A stretch of DNA of 63,982 bases, the filler included, from an uncultured bacterium (GTDB lineage Bacteria > CAYJOG01): the NCBI GenBank assembly GCA_964371695.1. It is 7 parts of 7 records of this genome, joined end to end, with 100 filler letters (N's around TTAATTAATTAA, not from the genome) between each part and the next. Parts side by side here need not be neighbours in the genome. Positions count along the whole stretch, not along the records: positions 47,563 to 56,788 come from CAYJOG010000077.1; positions 56,889 to 63,982 come from CAYJOG010000143.1; 5 more parts are not named here. One strand, given 5' to 3'. The notes under the pieces were generated by a model, which was not told the origin of the DNA, did no database searches, and saw only the letters and a program-made list of their open reading frames with translations. The translations under genes and the position numbers were made by a program. Shown here one piece after another: positions 53,201-61,955 of this stretch (the first letter of the stretch is position 1; each line of letters opens with the position of its first letter).

Positions 53201-54418
53201 ATGTCAAAAACCACCGAAAAAATCGTTCTGGCCTACTCCGGCGGCCTGGACACGTCCGTCATCCTGCACTGGCTCAAAAAGACCTACGACGCCGACATCA
53301 TCGCCTTCACCGCCGACCTGGGGCAGGAAGAAGAGCTGGACGGCCTGGAGGAAAAGGGTCTGCGCACGGGGGCCAGCAAGGTGGTGATCGAAGACCTGCG
53401 TGAGGAACTGGTGAAGGATTTTTTCTTTCCGGCGCTCAAGGCGGGGGCGGTGTATGAAGGGGTCTACCTGCTGGGCACCAGCATCGCCCGGCCCGTGATT
53501 GCCAAAGCCATGGTGCAACTGGCGCTCGCCCACAACGCCACGGCGCTCTCACACGGGGCCACCGGCAAAGGCAACGATCAGGTGCGGTTCGAACTCACCG
53601 CCCAGGCCCTCGCCCCCCGGCTGAAAACCATCGCCCCCTGGCGGGAGTGGACCTTCCGGGGGCGGGAAGACCTCGTGGCCTATGCCGAGGCCGAGAAAAT
53701 CCCCATCACCGTCACGCCCGAAAAACCCTACAGCATGGACCGCAACATCCTGCACATCAGTTATGAAGGCGGCGTGCTGGAAGACCCCTGGGCCGGGCCT
53801 GAAGAAAACATGTTCCTGCTCACCCAGAGCATCCAGGCCGCCCCGGCTGAGCCGGTGGAGCTCGTCATTGGTTTTGAGGCCGGTGAGCCGGTGTCGCTGA
53901 ACGGCGAAAAACCCGGCCCGGTGGCCCTCATGCAGCGGCTCAACAAACTGGCGGGCCAACACGGGGTGGGGCGTACCGATCTGGTGGAAAACCGCTTTGT
54001 GGGCATGAAAAGCCGGGGGGTGTACGAAGCCCCCGCCGCCACGGTGCTCTACGCCGCGCACCGCGCCATGGAAAGCCTGACGCTGGACCGCGAGGCCATG
54101 TTCCTCAAAGACAGCCTCATGCCCAAAATCGCGCAGATCATCTATAACGGTTTCTGGTTCAGTCCCGAAATGAGCGCGCTCATGGCCATGGTGAACAACA
54201 CGCAGACACGGGTCACCGGCGAGGTGCGGCTGACGCTTTACAAAGGCAACGTCATCATCACGGGCCGCCGCAGCCCTTTTTCGCTCTTTGACCCGAAGCT
54301 CGCCACCTTTGGCGGCGAAAGCACCTACAACCAGGCCGACGCCACGGGTTTCATTCGCCTGCAGGGCCTGCGCCTGCGCACCGAAACCGCCCTGCGGGAA
54401 AAAACGGAAAAGGCCTGA
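53201..54418 (+). CDS. argG: Argininosuccinate synthase
   Basis: 'LAYSGGLDTS', 'HGATGKGNDQVRFE' and 'GMKSRGVYE'. Confidence 0.98.
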   Translation: MSKTTEKIVLAYSGGLDTSVILHWLKKTYDADIIAFTADLGQEEELDGLEEKGLRTGASKVVIEDLREELVKDFFFPALKAGAVYEGVYLLGTSIARPVIAKAMVQLALAHNATALSHGATGKGNDQVRFELTAQALAPRLKTIAPWREWTFRGREDLVAYAEAEKIPITVTPEKPYSMDRNILHISYEGGVLEDPWAGPEENMFLLTQSIQAAPAEPVELVIGFEAGEPVSLNGEKPGPVALMQRLNKLAGQHGVGRTDLVENRFVGMKSRGVYEAPAATVLYAAHRAMESLTLDREAMFLKDSLMPKIAQIIYNGFWFSPEMSALMAMVNNTQTRVTGEVRLTLYKGNVIITGRRSPFSLFDPKLATFGGESTYNQADATGFIRLQGLRLRTETALREKTEKA

Positions 54419-54422
54419 GCGC

Positions 54423-55871
54423 ATGGCCAAAAAAACGTCCGGCAACAAAAACCAGAACGCCCTGTGGGCCGGACGTTTCGTCGCTTCACCCCACGAAGCC
54501 CTCATGCGCTTCACCGGCTCGCTCGAGACAGACCGACGCATGGCGGTGGAAGACATCGAGGGCAGCAAGGCCCACGCCGACATGCTGGCCCAGACGGGCC
54601 TGTTGGGCGCAAAAGACGCCGCTACCATTTCGCGGGGGCTGGCGCAGCTTTTGAAAGACGCCCGCGCAGGCCGGTTTGAGTTTGCCCCGCAGGATGAAGA
54701 CATCCACCTGTATCACGAGCGGCGGCTGGTGGCGCTGGTGGGCGAGGCGGGCAAACGTCTGCACACCGCCCGCAGCCGCAACGATCAGGTGGCCACCGAC
54801 GCCCGGCTTTATGCCCGCCGCCGCTTAAGCGAAATCCGCGCCCTGCTGCTGGATTTGCTGGGCGTGTTGAGCCATCAGGCCCAGGCCCATGCCGACGTGC
54901 CTTTCATGGGTTTCACCCATTTGCAGGCCGCCATGCCCATCAGCGCCGGTCACTGGTTCATGGCTTATTTCTGGATGCTGCACCGCGACCTGGATTTGCT
55001 GGATCACGCTCTGAAAACCACCAACGCCGCCTGCCCCCTGGGGTCTGGCGCGCTGGCGGGCACGGGCCTGCCCATCAACCGCCACGCCACGGCGGCGGCC
55101 CTGGGCTTTGACGCGCCCCACCCCAACAGTCTGGACGCCGTGGCCGACCGGGACTTCATGGCCCAGGGCCTGTTTGCCCTTTCCATGCTGGGCCTGCACC
55201 TGAGCCGCATGGCCGAGGACATGGTGCTCTACGCCTCGGCGGAGTTTGGCCTGCTTTTGCTGCCGGACGATTTCGCCACCGGCAGCAGCATGATGCCCCA
55301 AAAGAAAAACCCCGACGTGGCCGAACTGGCGCGGGCCAAAGCGGGCCTGCTGCTGGGTGATCTGCTGAGCCTGCTCACGCTGCTCAAAAACCTGCCCACG
55401 GCTTATAACCGAGACCTGCAAGAGGACAAACCCGTGTTCTTTCGCGGCCTGGACACGGCCCAGGGATTGCTGGAAGTGTGGGTTCCTTTTGTGTCGGCGG
55501 TGGGTCTGAAACCCTACCCCTTTGCCGAAAAAGACCCCCTGGGCCTCACGGCGGCCACGGACCTGGCGGAGTTTCTGGTGTCCGGCGGGTTGCCCTTCCG
55601 CGAGGCCCACGAAATTGCCGGGGGGTTGGTGAAGGCCGCCCTGAAACAGCAAAAACCCCTGGGTGAAATCGCCCCCGCCGCCCTGCATCAGCAGCATCCC
55701 GCGCTGCTGAACACGCCCGCGAAAGTGCGCGAACTGAAAAACGCCCTGGACCCCAGGCAGAGCATGAACCGCAAACACAGTCTGGGGGGCGGCTCGCCCA
55801 AAAGCGTGCGGGCGCAGGTGCGTCAGGCGCAAAAAATCCTGTCCCAAGCAGAAAAAAACCATGTTTCTTGA
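54423..55871 (+). CDS. argH: Argininosuccinate lyase
   Basis: 'LWAGRF', 'LHTARSRNDQ', 'GSSMMPQKKNPD' and 'YNRDLQEDK'. Confidence 0.97.
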   Translation: MAKKTSGNKNQNALWAGRFVASPHEALMRFTGSLETDRRMAVEDIEGSKAHADMLAQTGLLGAKDAATISRGLAQLLKDARAGRFEFAPQDEDIHLYHERRLVALVGEAGKRLHTARSRNDQVATDARLYARRRLSEIRALLLDLLGVLSHQAQAHADVPFMGFTHLQAAMPISAGHWFMAYFWMLHRDLDLLDHALKTTNAACPLGSGALAGTGLPINRHATAAALGFDAPHPNSLDAVADRDFMAQGLFALSMLGLHLSRMAEDMVLYASAEFGLLLLPDDFATGSSMMPQKKNPDVAELARAKAGLLLGDLLSLLTLLKNLPTAYNRDLQEDKPVFFRGLDTAQGLLEVWVPFVSAVGLKPYPFAEKDPLGLTAATDLAEFLVSGGLPFREAHEIAGGLVKAALKQQKPLGEIAPAALHQQHPALLNTPAKVRELKNALDPRQSMNRKHSLGGGSPKSVRAQVRQAQKILSQAEKNHVS

Positions 55872-56694
55872 AACCGTCCTGCCGCTGGTTTCCATTCCCT
55901 TTGGCGTGAAGGACGGGGTGGAGATTCTGCTGCTGGGGTTTCTGTTTTACCGCCTCATGCTGCTGGTGCAGCGCACCCGTGCGGTGCAGCTGGTGAAGGG
56001 CATTGGCGTGTTGCTGCTGCTGTGGCTGCTGAGCACCACGCTGGGGTTTCCCACGCTCAACTGGGTGCTGGAAAAAGTCATGACGATGTTTCTCATCGCC
56101 CTGCCCATCGTGTTTCAGCCAGAGCTGCGCCGGGGTCTGGAACAACTGGGGCGCGGCGAGTTCTTTTTGCGCACCTGGGGCAACCGCGACACCAAAGAGG
56201 TGGTCATGAACATTCTCATCCGCGTGTGTCGCCAGTTGGCCCAGCGGCAGATGGGGGCCATTGTGGTGCTGGAGCAGCGCACGGGGCTGGATGAATACGC
56301 CCGCACCGGCACAGTGCTGGACGCCCAGTTGAGCGAAGACCTGCTGCTGTCGGTGTTCAACGTGCTCAGCCCGCTGCACGACGGCGCGGCCATTTGCCGG
56401 GGTGAGCGCGTGGCCGCCGCCGGGTGTTTTCTGCCGCTGAGCGAAAACCCCGACCTGCACAAAAAATATGGCACACGCCACGGTGCGGGGGTGGGGCTGA
56501 GCGAGGTGATCGACGCCGTGGTGCTGGTGGTGAGCGAAGAGCGGGGCGAGGTGAGCCTGTGTCATCAGGGCAAGCTCTTTGCCGATCTGGACGACGAAGC
56601 CCTGCGGCAATATCTACATCACCTGCTGGGCCCCCCCAAAAAACACGACGAGACCCCCGCCGGTGTTCCACCGGAAACAGAGGCGGCGACATGA
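55861..56694 (+). CDS. cdaA: Membrane diadenylate cyclase CdaA/DacA
   Basis: Three TM segments, 'FQPELRR', 'PLHDGA', 'GTRH' and 'VSEE'. Confidence 0.93.
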   Translation: MFLETVLPLVSIPFGVKDGVEILLLGFLFYRLMLLVQRTRAVQLVKGIGVLLLLWLLSTTLGFPTLNWVLEKVMTMFLIALPIVFQPELRRGLEQLGRGEFFLRTWGNRDTKEVVMNILIRVCRQLAQRQMGAIVVLEQRTGLDEYARTGTVLDAQLSEDLLLSVFNVLSPLHDGAAICRGERVAAAGCFLPLSENPDLHKKYGTRHGAGVGLSEVIDAVVLVVSEERGEVSLCHQGKLFADLDDEALRQYLHHLLGPPKKHDETPAGVPPETEAAT

Positions 56695-56772
56695 AAGAGC
56701 CTGTTTATATACATGACGACATAAGTCGCTGTGCATGGATACCTGCTTGTGCAACGAAGCGCCGCCATCCTT

Positions 56773-56788
56773 ACCCTCTCCCCTTTAC
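56773..56788. repeat. Start of a CCCTCTCCCC REP, truncated at the contig end
   Basis: ACCCTCTCCCCTTTAC lies immediately before the linker. Confidence 0.6.
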
Positions 56789-56888
56789 NNNNNNNNNNNN
56801 NNNNNNNNNNNNNNNNNNNNNNNNNNNNNNNNTTAATTAATTAANNNNNNNNNNNNNNNNNNNNNNNNNNNNNNNNNNNNNNNNNNNN
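56789..56888. other. Artificial contig linker
   Basis: N44-TTAATTAATTAA-N44. Confidence 0.97.
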
Positions 56889-56910
56889 TTTATTCACGCC
56901 ACCCAAAGCC

Positions 56911-58305
56911 CTATTTCTCCGGCAGCAATTCCTGCACCACTTTTTCAAGGGGCCACTGGGCCACACCGGCAATGGCTGCGCCGCCCTCGGTGGCGTTGAT
57001 GATCTTCAGCTCAGAATTGTCTTTCACGAAGTTTTCGATGTTGCGCAAAAAAAGATAAAACACTGGCAGGGTGCGCACCCAGCCGCCGTGATAACCGGGA
57101 ATTTCACGCAAGCCTTCCCAGGTGGCGTCATCCAGCGGTTGGGTGTGCATGTGGGCCGTGTGGGTGCGGTCCCGCAACACCGCCAGATCCGAGCCCACCA
57201 GCACCATCACGGTCACGCCCATCTGCCGGAGCGCGTTGAGCGCCATGAGAAAAACCGACGAGTTTTTTTCCAGCACGTCTTGCGGCCCATAGCCCATGTG
57301 CCCCACCCGTTCGTCCTTCAGGTCCTGGGACCTGATGAAACAAAACCGCCGGTCTGCCGGATAAAGCGCCGTCAGGTCCGGGCAGGATCCCAGCGAGTGC
57401 AGCAACATGCCGGGAGGGTTTTCAATGCCTTCAAAAAACTGGCGGTATTTGGGGGTGTGTATCTGCGGGTCCAGCGTGGCCACCACGTGGGGCGTCACGC
57501 CGTGGGCCAGCAGGGTTTTCACCGCCACGTCCACACACACAATCAGGGCGCGGTCACGCACCTCCCGCAGGTGATGCACGTTTTGGTCCAAAGACGGCCC
57601 CGCCCCCACCACCACGGCGGCAAACCCTTCAAAGCGGCCCAGCAACCGCGAGAACGGCCTGCCGGGCGCGGCCTCTCCCCGCAGATAGGCCTCGCGGTGG
57701 ATGTGGTATTCCTGGCTGAAAGGCAGCTTGTTGGCCGCCTGCTCGGCATTACAGTGATATTCAAACACCTCGCGCACATCCTTGGCCCCCGGCGGCGCAG
57801 CACGCAGGGACGGCTCGTGGTAGAGAAGGCGGAAGTTCCGCCGCTCCGCCTCGGTCAGGTCCCGCAGCCAGTTAGAAATATCCTGCTGGAGTTTTTGAGC
57901 AGACGCCGCCAGCAGGGTGATCTGCTTGTCCTGCAGCAGGTCCTGGACGTCTCCTTTTTCCAGCACCACCCGCAACAGCGCCAGATTGGCCTCCACCACA
58001 GCAATGCGCGCCTGTGGAAAACACCCCCGAAGCGCCCGGAGGTGATGTCCCAGGCCCAGGCCATACACCAGAAACGGCCCGGCCTCCTGCGCCAGTTCAA
58101 ACCCCTCCAGCCAGCGCTCGGCCTCCCGCTGCGGATTCCGGGTGCTGTGCAGATAAAAGGACTCCGTGCCGTTGCTGGCCTTCAGCGTGGTCAGGCCGTT
58201 TTTGCCGGTTTCCAGCACCGCCTGAGCGGTGTCTGACTGCTGCACAGCCGCCAGTTCCACCAAGGGTTGAGCGGCTTGCAGCCATTCCAGCCAGTTCTTA
58301 TGCAC
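56911..58305 (-). CDS. Second Maf/DUF115 family protein
   Basis: 'LHSTRNP..EA', 'YGLGLGH', 'GAGPSLDQN', 'GSDLA' and 'NATEGGA'. Confidence 0.85.
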   Translation of the reverse strand: MHKNWLEWLQAAQPLVELAAVQQSDTAQAVLETGKNGLTTLKASNGTESFYLHSTRNPQREAERWLEGFELAQEAGPFLVYGLGLGHHLRALRGCFPQARIAVVEANLALLRVVLEKGDVQDLLQDKQITLLAASAQKLQQDISNWLRDLTEAERRNFRLLYHEPSLRAAPPGAKDVREVFEYHCNAEQAANKLPFSQEYHIHREAYLRGEAAPGRPFSRLLGRFEGFAAVVVGAGPSLDQNVHHLREVRDRALIVCVDVAVKTLLAHGVTPHVVATLDPQIHTPKYRQFFEGIENPPGMLLHSLGSCPDLTALYPADRRFCFIRSQDLKDERVGHMGYGPQDVLEKNSSVFLMALNALRQMGVTVMVLVGSDLAVLRDRTHTAHMHTQPLDDATWEGLREIPGYHGGWVRTLPVFYLFLRNIENFVKDNSELKIINATEGGAAIAGVAQWPLEKVVQELLPEK

Positions 58306-58371
58306 ATGGTTGATTTTAACCGCTTACTGAAATTGCCATTTCACAAACAAATCCTTCCCCTATCCAAGACT

Positions 58372-58390
58372 ATTGAGATTCATTTTCAAC
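58372..58390. promoter_or_regulatory. Fur-box-like inverted repeat
   Basis: ATTGAGATTCATTTTCAAC (TTGA-N9-TCAA) upstream of TTGACA at 58410; a second palindrome TGAAAT-N4-ATTTCA lies at 58328-58343. Confidence 0.45.
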
Positions 58391-58443
58391 GCAACAATGT
58401 CTATTTTTATTGACAGTTTCCACAAGTGGAGTATCAATAGGAT

Positions 58444-58923
58444 GTGGCCATTTTTTCCAGCCTCAAAAATTTCAAACCCGCCCGGCGACTGCGTCTGGCC
58501 TGGCTGCTTCCGGCGGCCCTGCTGGGACTGCTCACGCTCTGCTTCACCGCCAACATGGATCTGGTGGTGTGCCAGGAAGACGCCGGGCCGGGTTATCTTT
58601 CCCTGGCCATTGGCCGTCACTGTCTGGAGGACCAGCAGGAAACCACCCAAGACGGGGATGGCCCCAACACCCTCAGCCCCCTGGCCCACCCCGAAGGCTG
58701 CGTGGAGTTTCACCTGGCCCTCACCGACCTGGGGGATAACCAACACCCCAAAGCCACCCAATGGCCCATGGTGGCGGCGGGTTTTCTGACGGGGCTGCTT
58801 CCGCCGCAGGGGCACTTTCTGCGGCCACCGGCTCACCGGCCTTTGGCCACAGCGGACAACCTTTCCCCCTCTCCTTTCCTTCAAACACTCCTTTCTCTGG
58901 CCACGGTGCTGCTGAGGCGATGA
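58444..58923 (+). CDS. Hypothetical exported Cys/His-containing protein (metal-operon leader-like)
   Basis: Signal-like TM, 'LVVC', 'HC', 'HPEGC', Pro-rich tail ending 'LATVLLRR'. Confidence 0.55.
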   Translation: MAIFSSLKNFKPARRLRLAWLLPAALLGLLTLCFTANMDLVVCQEDAGPGYLSLAIGRHCLEDQQETTQDGDGPNTLSPLAHPEGCVEFHLALTDLGDNQHPKATQWPMVAAGFLTGLLPPQGHFLRPPAHRPLATADNLSPSPFLQTLLSLATVLLRR

Positions 58924-58999
58924 GCCGGGGCGGCGAAGTGACACCACACCGGACTCACAAAAAGCCCTAACATTTCAGGTTCACAGAAAGGACCACAAA

Positions 59000-59527
59000 A
59001 TGCCCATCAATGACGTTCACGCCCACCTGCTGATCAATCACGTGCCCATTCTGGGCATCGCTTTTGGCATTGGCCTGCTGGTGGTTTCGTTCATACCCAA
59101 ACTGCGCGCCACGGCCCCGGCGGCCCTGTTGCTGCTGGCGTTGGCGGGAGCAAGCGCCGTGCCCGCCCTGAAAACAGGACAACGGGCCGAAGAACCCATC
59201 GAGCACGCCCAGGGCGTGAGCGAAAGCCGCATCGAAGCCCACGAAGACGCTGCCGAAGGTTTTGTCAAAATCGCCATTGGGCTGGCGGTGATTGCGGGCG
59301 CCGCCCTGGTGTTTGGTTTGATGAAAAACCAGCAAAACCCGGCCGTGCTGGCGGGTGTGCTGGTGGCGGCGGTCATCGCCATGAAGTTTGCTTATGAAAC
59401 AGGTGGCACCGGCGGACAGATCCGCCGCCCCGAACTGCGGGGCCAAGCGGCCGCAGCACAGGAAAAATCCACCTCGCCCGTGGACCCCAGCCTTTCTCAC
59501 CAAGAAGCGGAAGAAGAAGAGGAATAG
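59000..59527 (+). CDS. DUF2231-like four-TM membrane protein
   Basis: 'HLLINHVPI', 'TG', 'AHEDAA' and 'GGQIRRPE'; GAAAGGA RBS. Confidence 0.7.
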   Translation: MPINDVHAHLLINHVPILGIAFGIGLLVVSFIPKLRATAPAALLLLALAGASAVPALKTGQRAEEPIEHAQGVSESRIEAHEDAAEGFVKIAIGLAVIAGAALVFGLMKNQQNPAVLAGVLVAAVIAMKFAYETGGTGGQIRRPELRGQAAAAQEKSTSPVDPSLSHQEAEEEEE

Positions 59528-59547
59528 AGCAGATTAGGAAAATATAT

Positions 59548-59611
59548 GGAGTAGGCGCGGTGTCCACACCGCGCATGAAATAAACGGCGATGAGGACATA
59601 GCCTCTACTCC
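59548..59611. repeat. GTAG-type REP doublet (REPIN-like)
   Basis: GGAGTAG-gcgcggtgtccacaccgcgc ... cggcgatgaggacatagcct-CTACTCC. Confidence 0.85.
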
Positions 59612-59622
59612 TGTATACAAGA

Positions 59623-59651
59623 AGGGCGCGGGAAACCGCGCCCTATTTTTT
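59623..59651 (+). terminator. Rho-independent terminator
   Basis: AGGGCGCGG-GAAA-CCGCGCCCT followed by ATTTTTT, between convergent genes. Confidence 0.7.
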
Positions 59652-60305
59652 GCGCTTCACGTCGCTGACACGCCCCATCATTTCCGCCACCGCTGAAACC
59701 TCCGGCGGGTCTTCGCCCTTCAAAAATCGGTCCATGGATTCGTACTGGTCTTTGCCCCAGAAAAGTTCGCCTCGCACAATCATGGTGGGCACACCAAACA
59801 CACCCAGGGCGATGGCCTCGTCGGTGTGCTGGCGCAGGGCCTCTTTGGCCTCTGGCGACTGGGCCTTTTCAAACAATTCCTCTGTGGGCAAACCAGCTTT
59901 GTCCAGGGCGTCTTTCAGTGCGTCGGCGTTGGCATAGTCCCCGCCGTCTGCCCACCCCATGCGCCACAACGCCGCCACTACTTTTTCCTGATGTTCACCG
60001 GCCACTTCCCGCAGTGAAAGCCGCAGGGGCAGGAGTGGATTAAAGGGATGCCGGGCGGGGCCTTTCAGCGGCAGGCCCTCGCGGTGGGCGTGGCGCACGA
60101 TGTCCTTGAAGACAAACAGACGCTTCGGGGGAATTTCCGCCGGTCCCAACTGGCCCCAGTGGTTGAGCAGCGCCGGAAACAGCACGGGCTGAAGACGAAG
60201 CTCCAGGTCATGTTCACGGCGCAGGCGCTCCACCATGAACCACGCGAAATAGGCATAGGGCGAAAGGTAATCGAAATAAAAGGTCAGCGGCTCATGGGAG
60301 GACAT
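59643..60305 (-). CDS. 2-hydroxychromene-2-carboxylate isomerase / DsbA family (GST kappa-like) protein
   Basis: 'FYFDYLSPYAY', 'GVFGVPT' and 'LFWGKD'. Confidence 0.9.
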   Translation of the reverse strand: MSSHEPLTFYFDYLSPYAYFAWFMVERLRREHDLELRLQPVLFPALLNHWGQLGPAEIPPKRLFVFKDIVRHAHREGLPLKGPARHPFNPLLPLRLSLREVAGEHQEKVVAALWRMGWADGGDYANADALKDALDKAGLPTEELFEKAQSPEAKEALRQHTDEAIALGVFGVPTMIVRGELFWGKDQYESMDRFLKGEDPPEVSAVAEMMGRVSDVKRKK

Positions 60306-60317
60306 CGGTGTATGTTA

Positions 60318-60498
60318 GACCTGTTTTAAAAGTCCATCGTGGACTTTTAAAACCCAACGCCATCGGGGCAAAGCCCCTTCGGCGTGGCGAAAACCTCAAC
60401 TTTTTCAAAGTTTCGGCTTTCGGGTGCGGTCATCCATGACCGCAGGAGCCTGTTTGTTGTGCGCCCTGTTACACATGACGCACTTTTAAAACAGGCTC
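60318..60498 (+). mobile_element. MITE-like structured element, copy 2 (181 bp, TTA flanks)
   Basis: tta-GACCTGTTTTAAAAGT ... ACTTTTAAAACAGGCTC-tta; core homologous to 17154-17324. Confidence 0.85.
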
Positions 60499-60501
60499 TT
60501 A

Positions 60502-61890
60502 TCAACCCACCGGCACAACATTCACCTGAGCGCCCTGAGCGCCAGTGACCAGCGCACTCACCATGTCGCCGGGCGGGGGCCGGACCCCTTCTGCAAACAC
60601 TGCCCGGACATACTGACTGGACCAACCCCGGCGCCTGCCGGTGGCCTCATCCGGTTTCTCCACCAGCACCTGCACACGCTGGCCCAACAGCGCGCTGGCA
60701 AAACCTTCGGATTTTTTTTCTCCTAGCTGGCGCAGTTCCGCCGCCCGTGTCGGAACCACGCCGGGGGGGAGCGCCGCCAGCGCCGCCGCCGCCGTGCCGG
60801 GTCGGGTGCTGTAGGGGAACACGTGAAAATAGGCCAGCGGCAACGATGTCAGACAGTCCACCGTGCGTTGGTGCTGCGCCTCTGTCTCGGTGGGAAAACC
60901 CGTGATGAGGTCCGTGCCCACAGCCACCTGCGGATTAAGACGATGCACCGCCAGCACCTGCTTTTCAAAATCAGCCGCGCTGTGCCGCCGTTTCATGGCT
61001 TTGAGCACGTCTTCATCCGCAGACTGCACCGCCACGTGCAGGTGCCGCGCCATGAGGGGATGCTGACACACCAGTTCAATCAGTTCGTCGTCCACCTCGT
61101 GGGGGTCCAGGGAACTCAACCGCAGACGTTTCAGGCCCGGCAGCTCCAGCAGCGCGTGCAAAAGCTCGGTGAACGACCGCCGGGGGCGCAGGTCTTTGCC
61201 GTAATCCGCCACGTGAATACCCGTGGGGCAGATTTCGCCGTGCCCGGCCTCAATCAGCCGCGCCGCCTGTTCCAGCGCGTCATCAAAATCCACCGACACG
61301 CTGTTGCCGCGGGCCAGGGGAATCACACAAAAACTACAACGGTAATTACACCCCGTCTGCACCCGCAGAAACCCCCGCGTGCGGCCCGGCGCACGGGGCA
61401 AAAACAGCGGCTCCATTTCGCGGGCGGCAAAAACATCACTCACGGTAATGACAGCCCCGGATGACATGGGTGGACCCGACAGCAGCGCATCCAGCACTTC
61501 GGTCAGGCGGTTGCGGTCGCGGGTGCCCAGCACCCAGTCCACCTCTTTAAGCGCGGCGACCTCCTGCGGGGCGATTTGGGCATAACACCCCGTGAGCACC
61601 ACTTTGCCCTGGGGGTTGTGGCGGCGAAAACGCCGCAGGATTTTCCGGGCGTCCACCCAGGCGGCGTGGGTGACGGCGCAGGTGTTCAGCACCAGTGCGT
61701 CGGCGTCAAACCCCTCCACCACACGATAACGTCCGGCCACCAACGCCGTCATGGCCCCCGTGTCGAAAAAGTTCACCTTGCAGCCCAGGGTGTGAAAGGC
61801 CACGCGATGCGCCTCCGCCCCGGCGCAGCCGCCTGCTGCACCAGCCGCTGCCCTGTCCTGCCGGACACCCTGCACCACCCCGGCGTCCAT
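60502..61890 (-). CDS. mtaB: tRNA t6A37 methylthiotransferase MtaB
   Basis: 'TLGCKVN', 'NTCAVT', 'TGCYAQ', CxxxCxxC 'CNYRCSFC', 'RLRLSSL' and 'HVFPYS.RPGT'. Confidence 0.92.
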   Translation of the reverse strand: MDAGVVQGVRQDRAAAGAAGGCAGAEAHRVAFHTLGCKVNFFDTGAMTALVAGRYRVVEGFDADALVLNTCAVTHAAWVDARKILRRFRRHNPQGKVVLTGCYAQIAPQEVAALKEVDWVLGTRDRNRLTEVLDALLSGPPMSSGAVITVSDVFAAREMEPLFLPRAPGRTRGFLRVQTGCNYRCSFCVIPLARGNSVSVDFDDALEQAARLIEAGHGEICPTGIHVADYGKDLRPRRSFTELLHALLELPGLKRLRLSSLDPHEVDDELIELVCQHPLMARHLHVAVQSADEDVLKAMKRRHSAADFEKQVLAVHRLNPQVAVGTDLITGFPTETEAQHQRTVDCLTSLPLAYFHVFPYSTRPGTAAAALAALPPGVVPTRAAELRQLGEKKSEGFASALLGQRVQVLVEKPDEATGRRRGWSSQYVRAVFAEGVRPPPGDMVSALVTGAQGAQVNVVPVG

Positions 61891-61955
61891 TTATCCACCT
61901 CCGCCCAGCTCTTGCCGGTGGATCAGGGCAGCCTCACCAAGCCCGTGAACTCTGA

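Noticed and set aside
9487-56888. Six identical N44-TTAATTAATTAA-N44 blocks spaced about 9.4 kb apart
   Set aside because: Artificial linkers. The enclosed contigs decrease in length (9432, 9394, 9378, 9372, 9226 bp), indicating size-sorted concatenation, so adjacency across them has no biological meaning.
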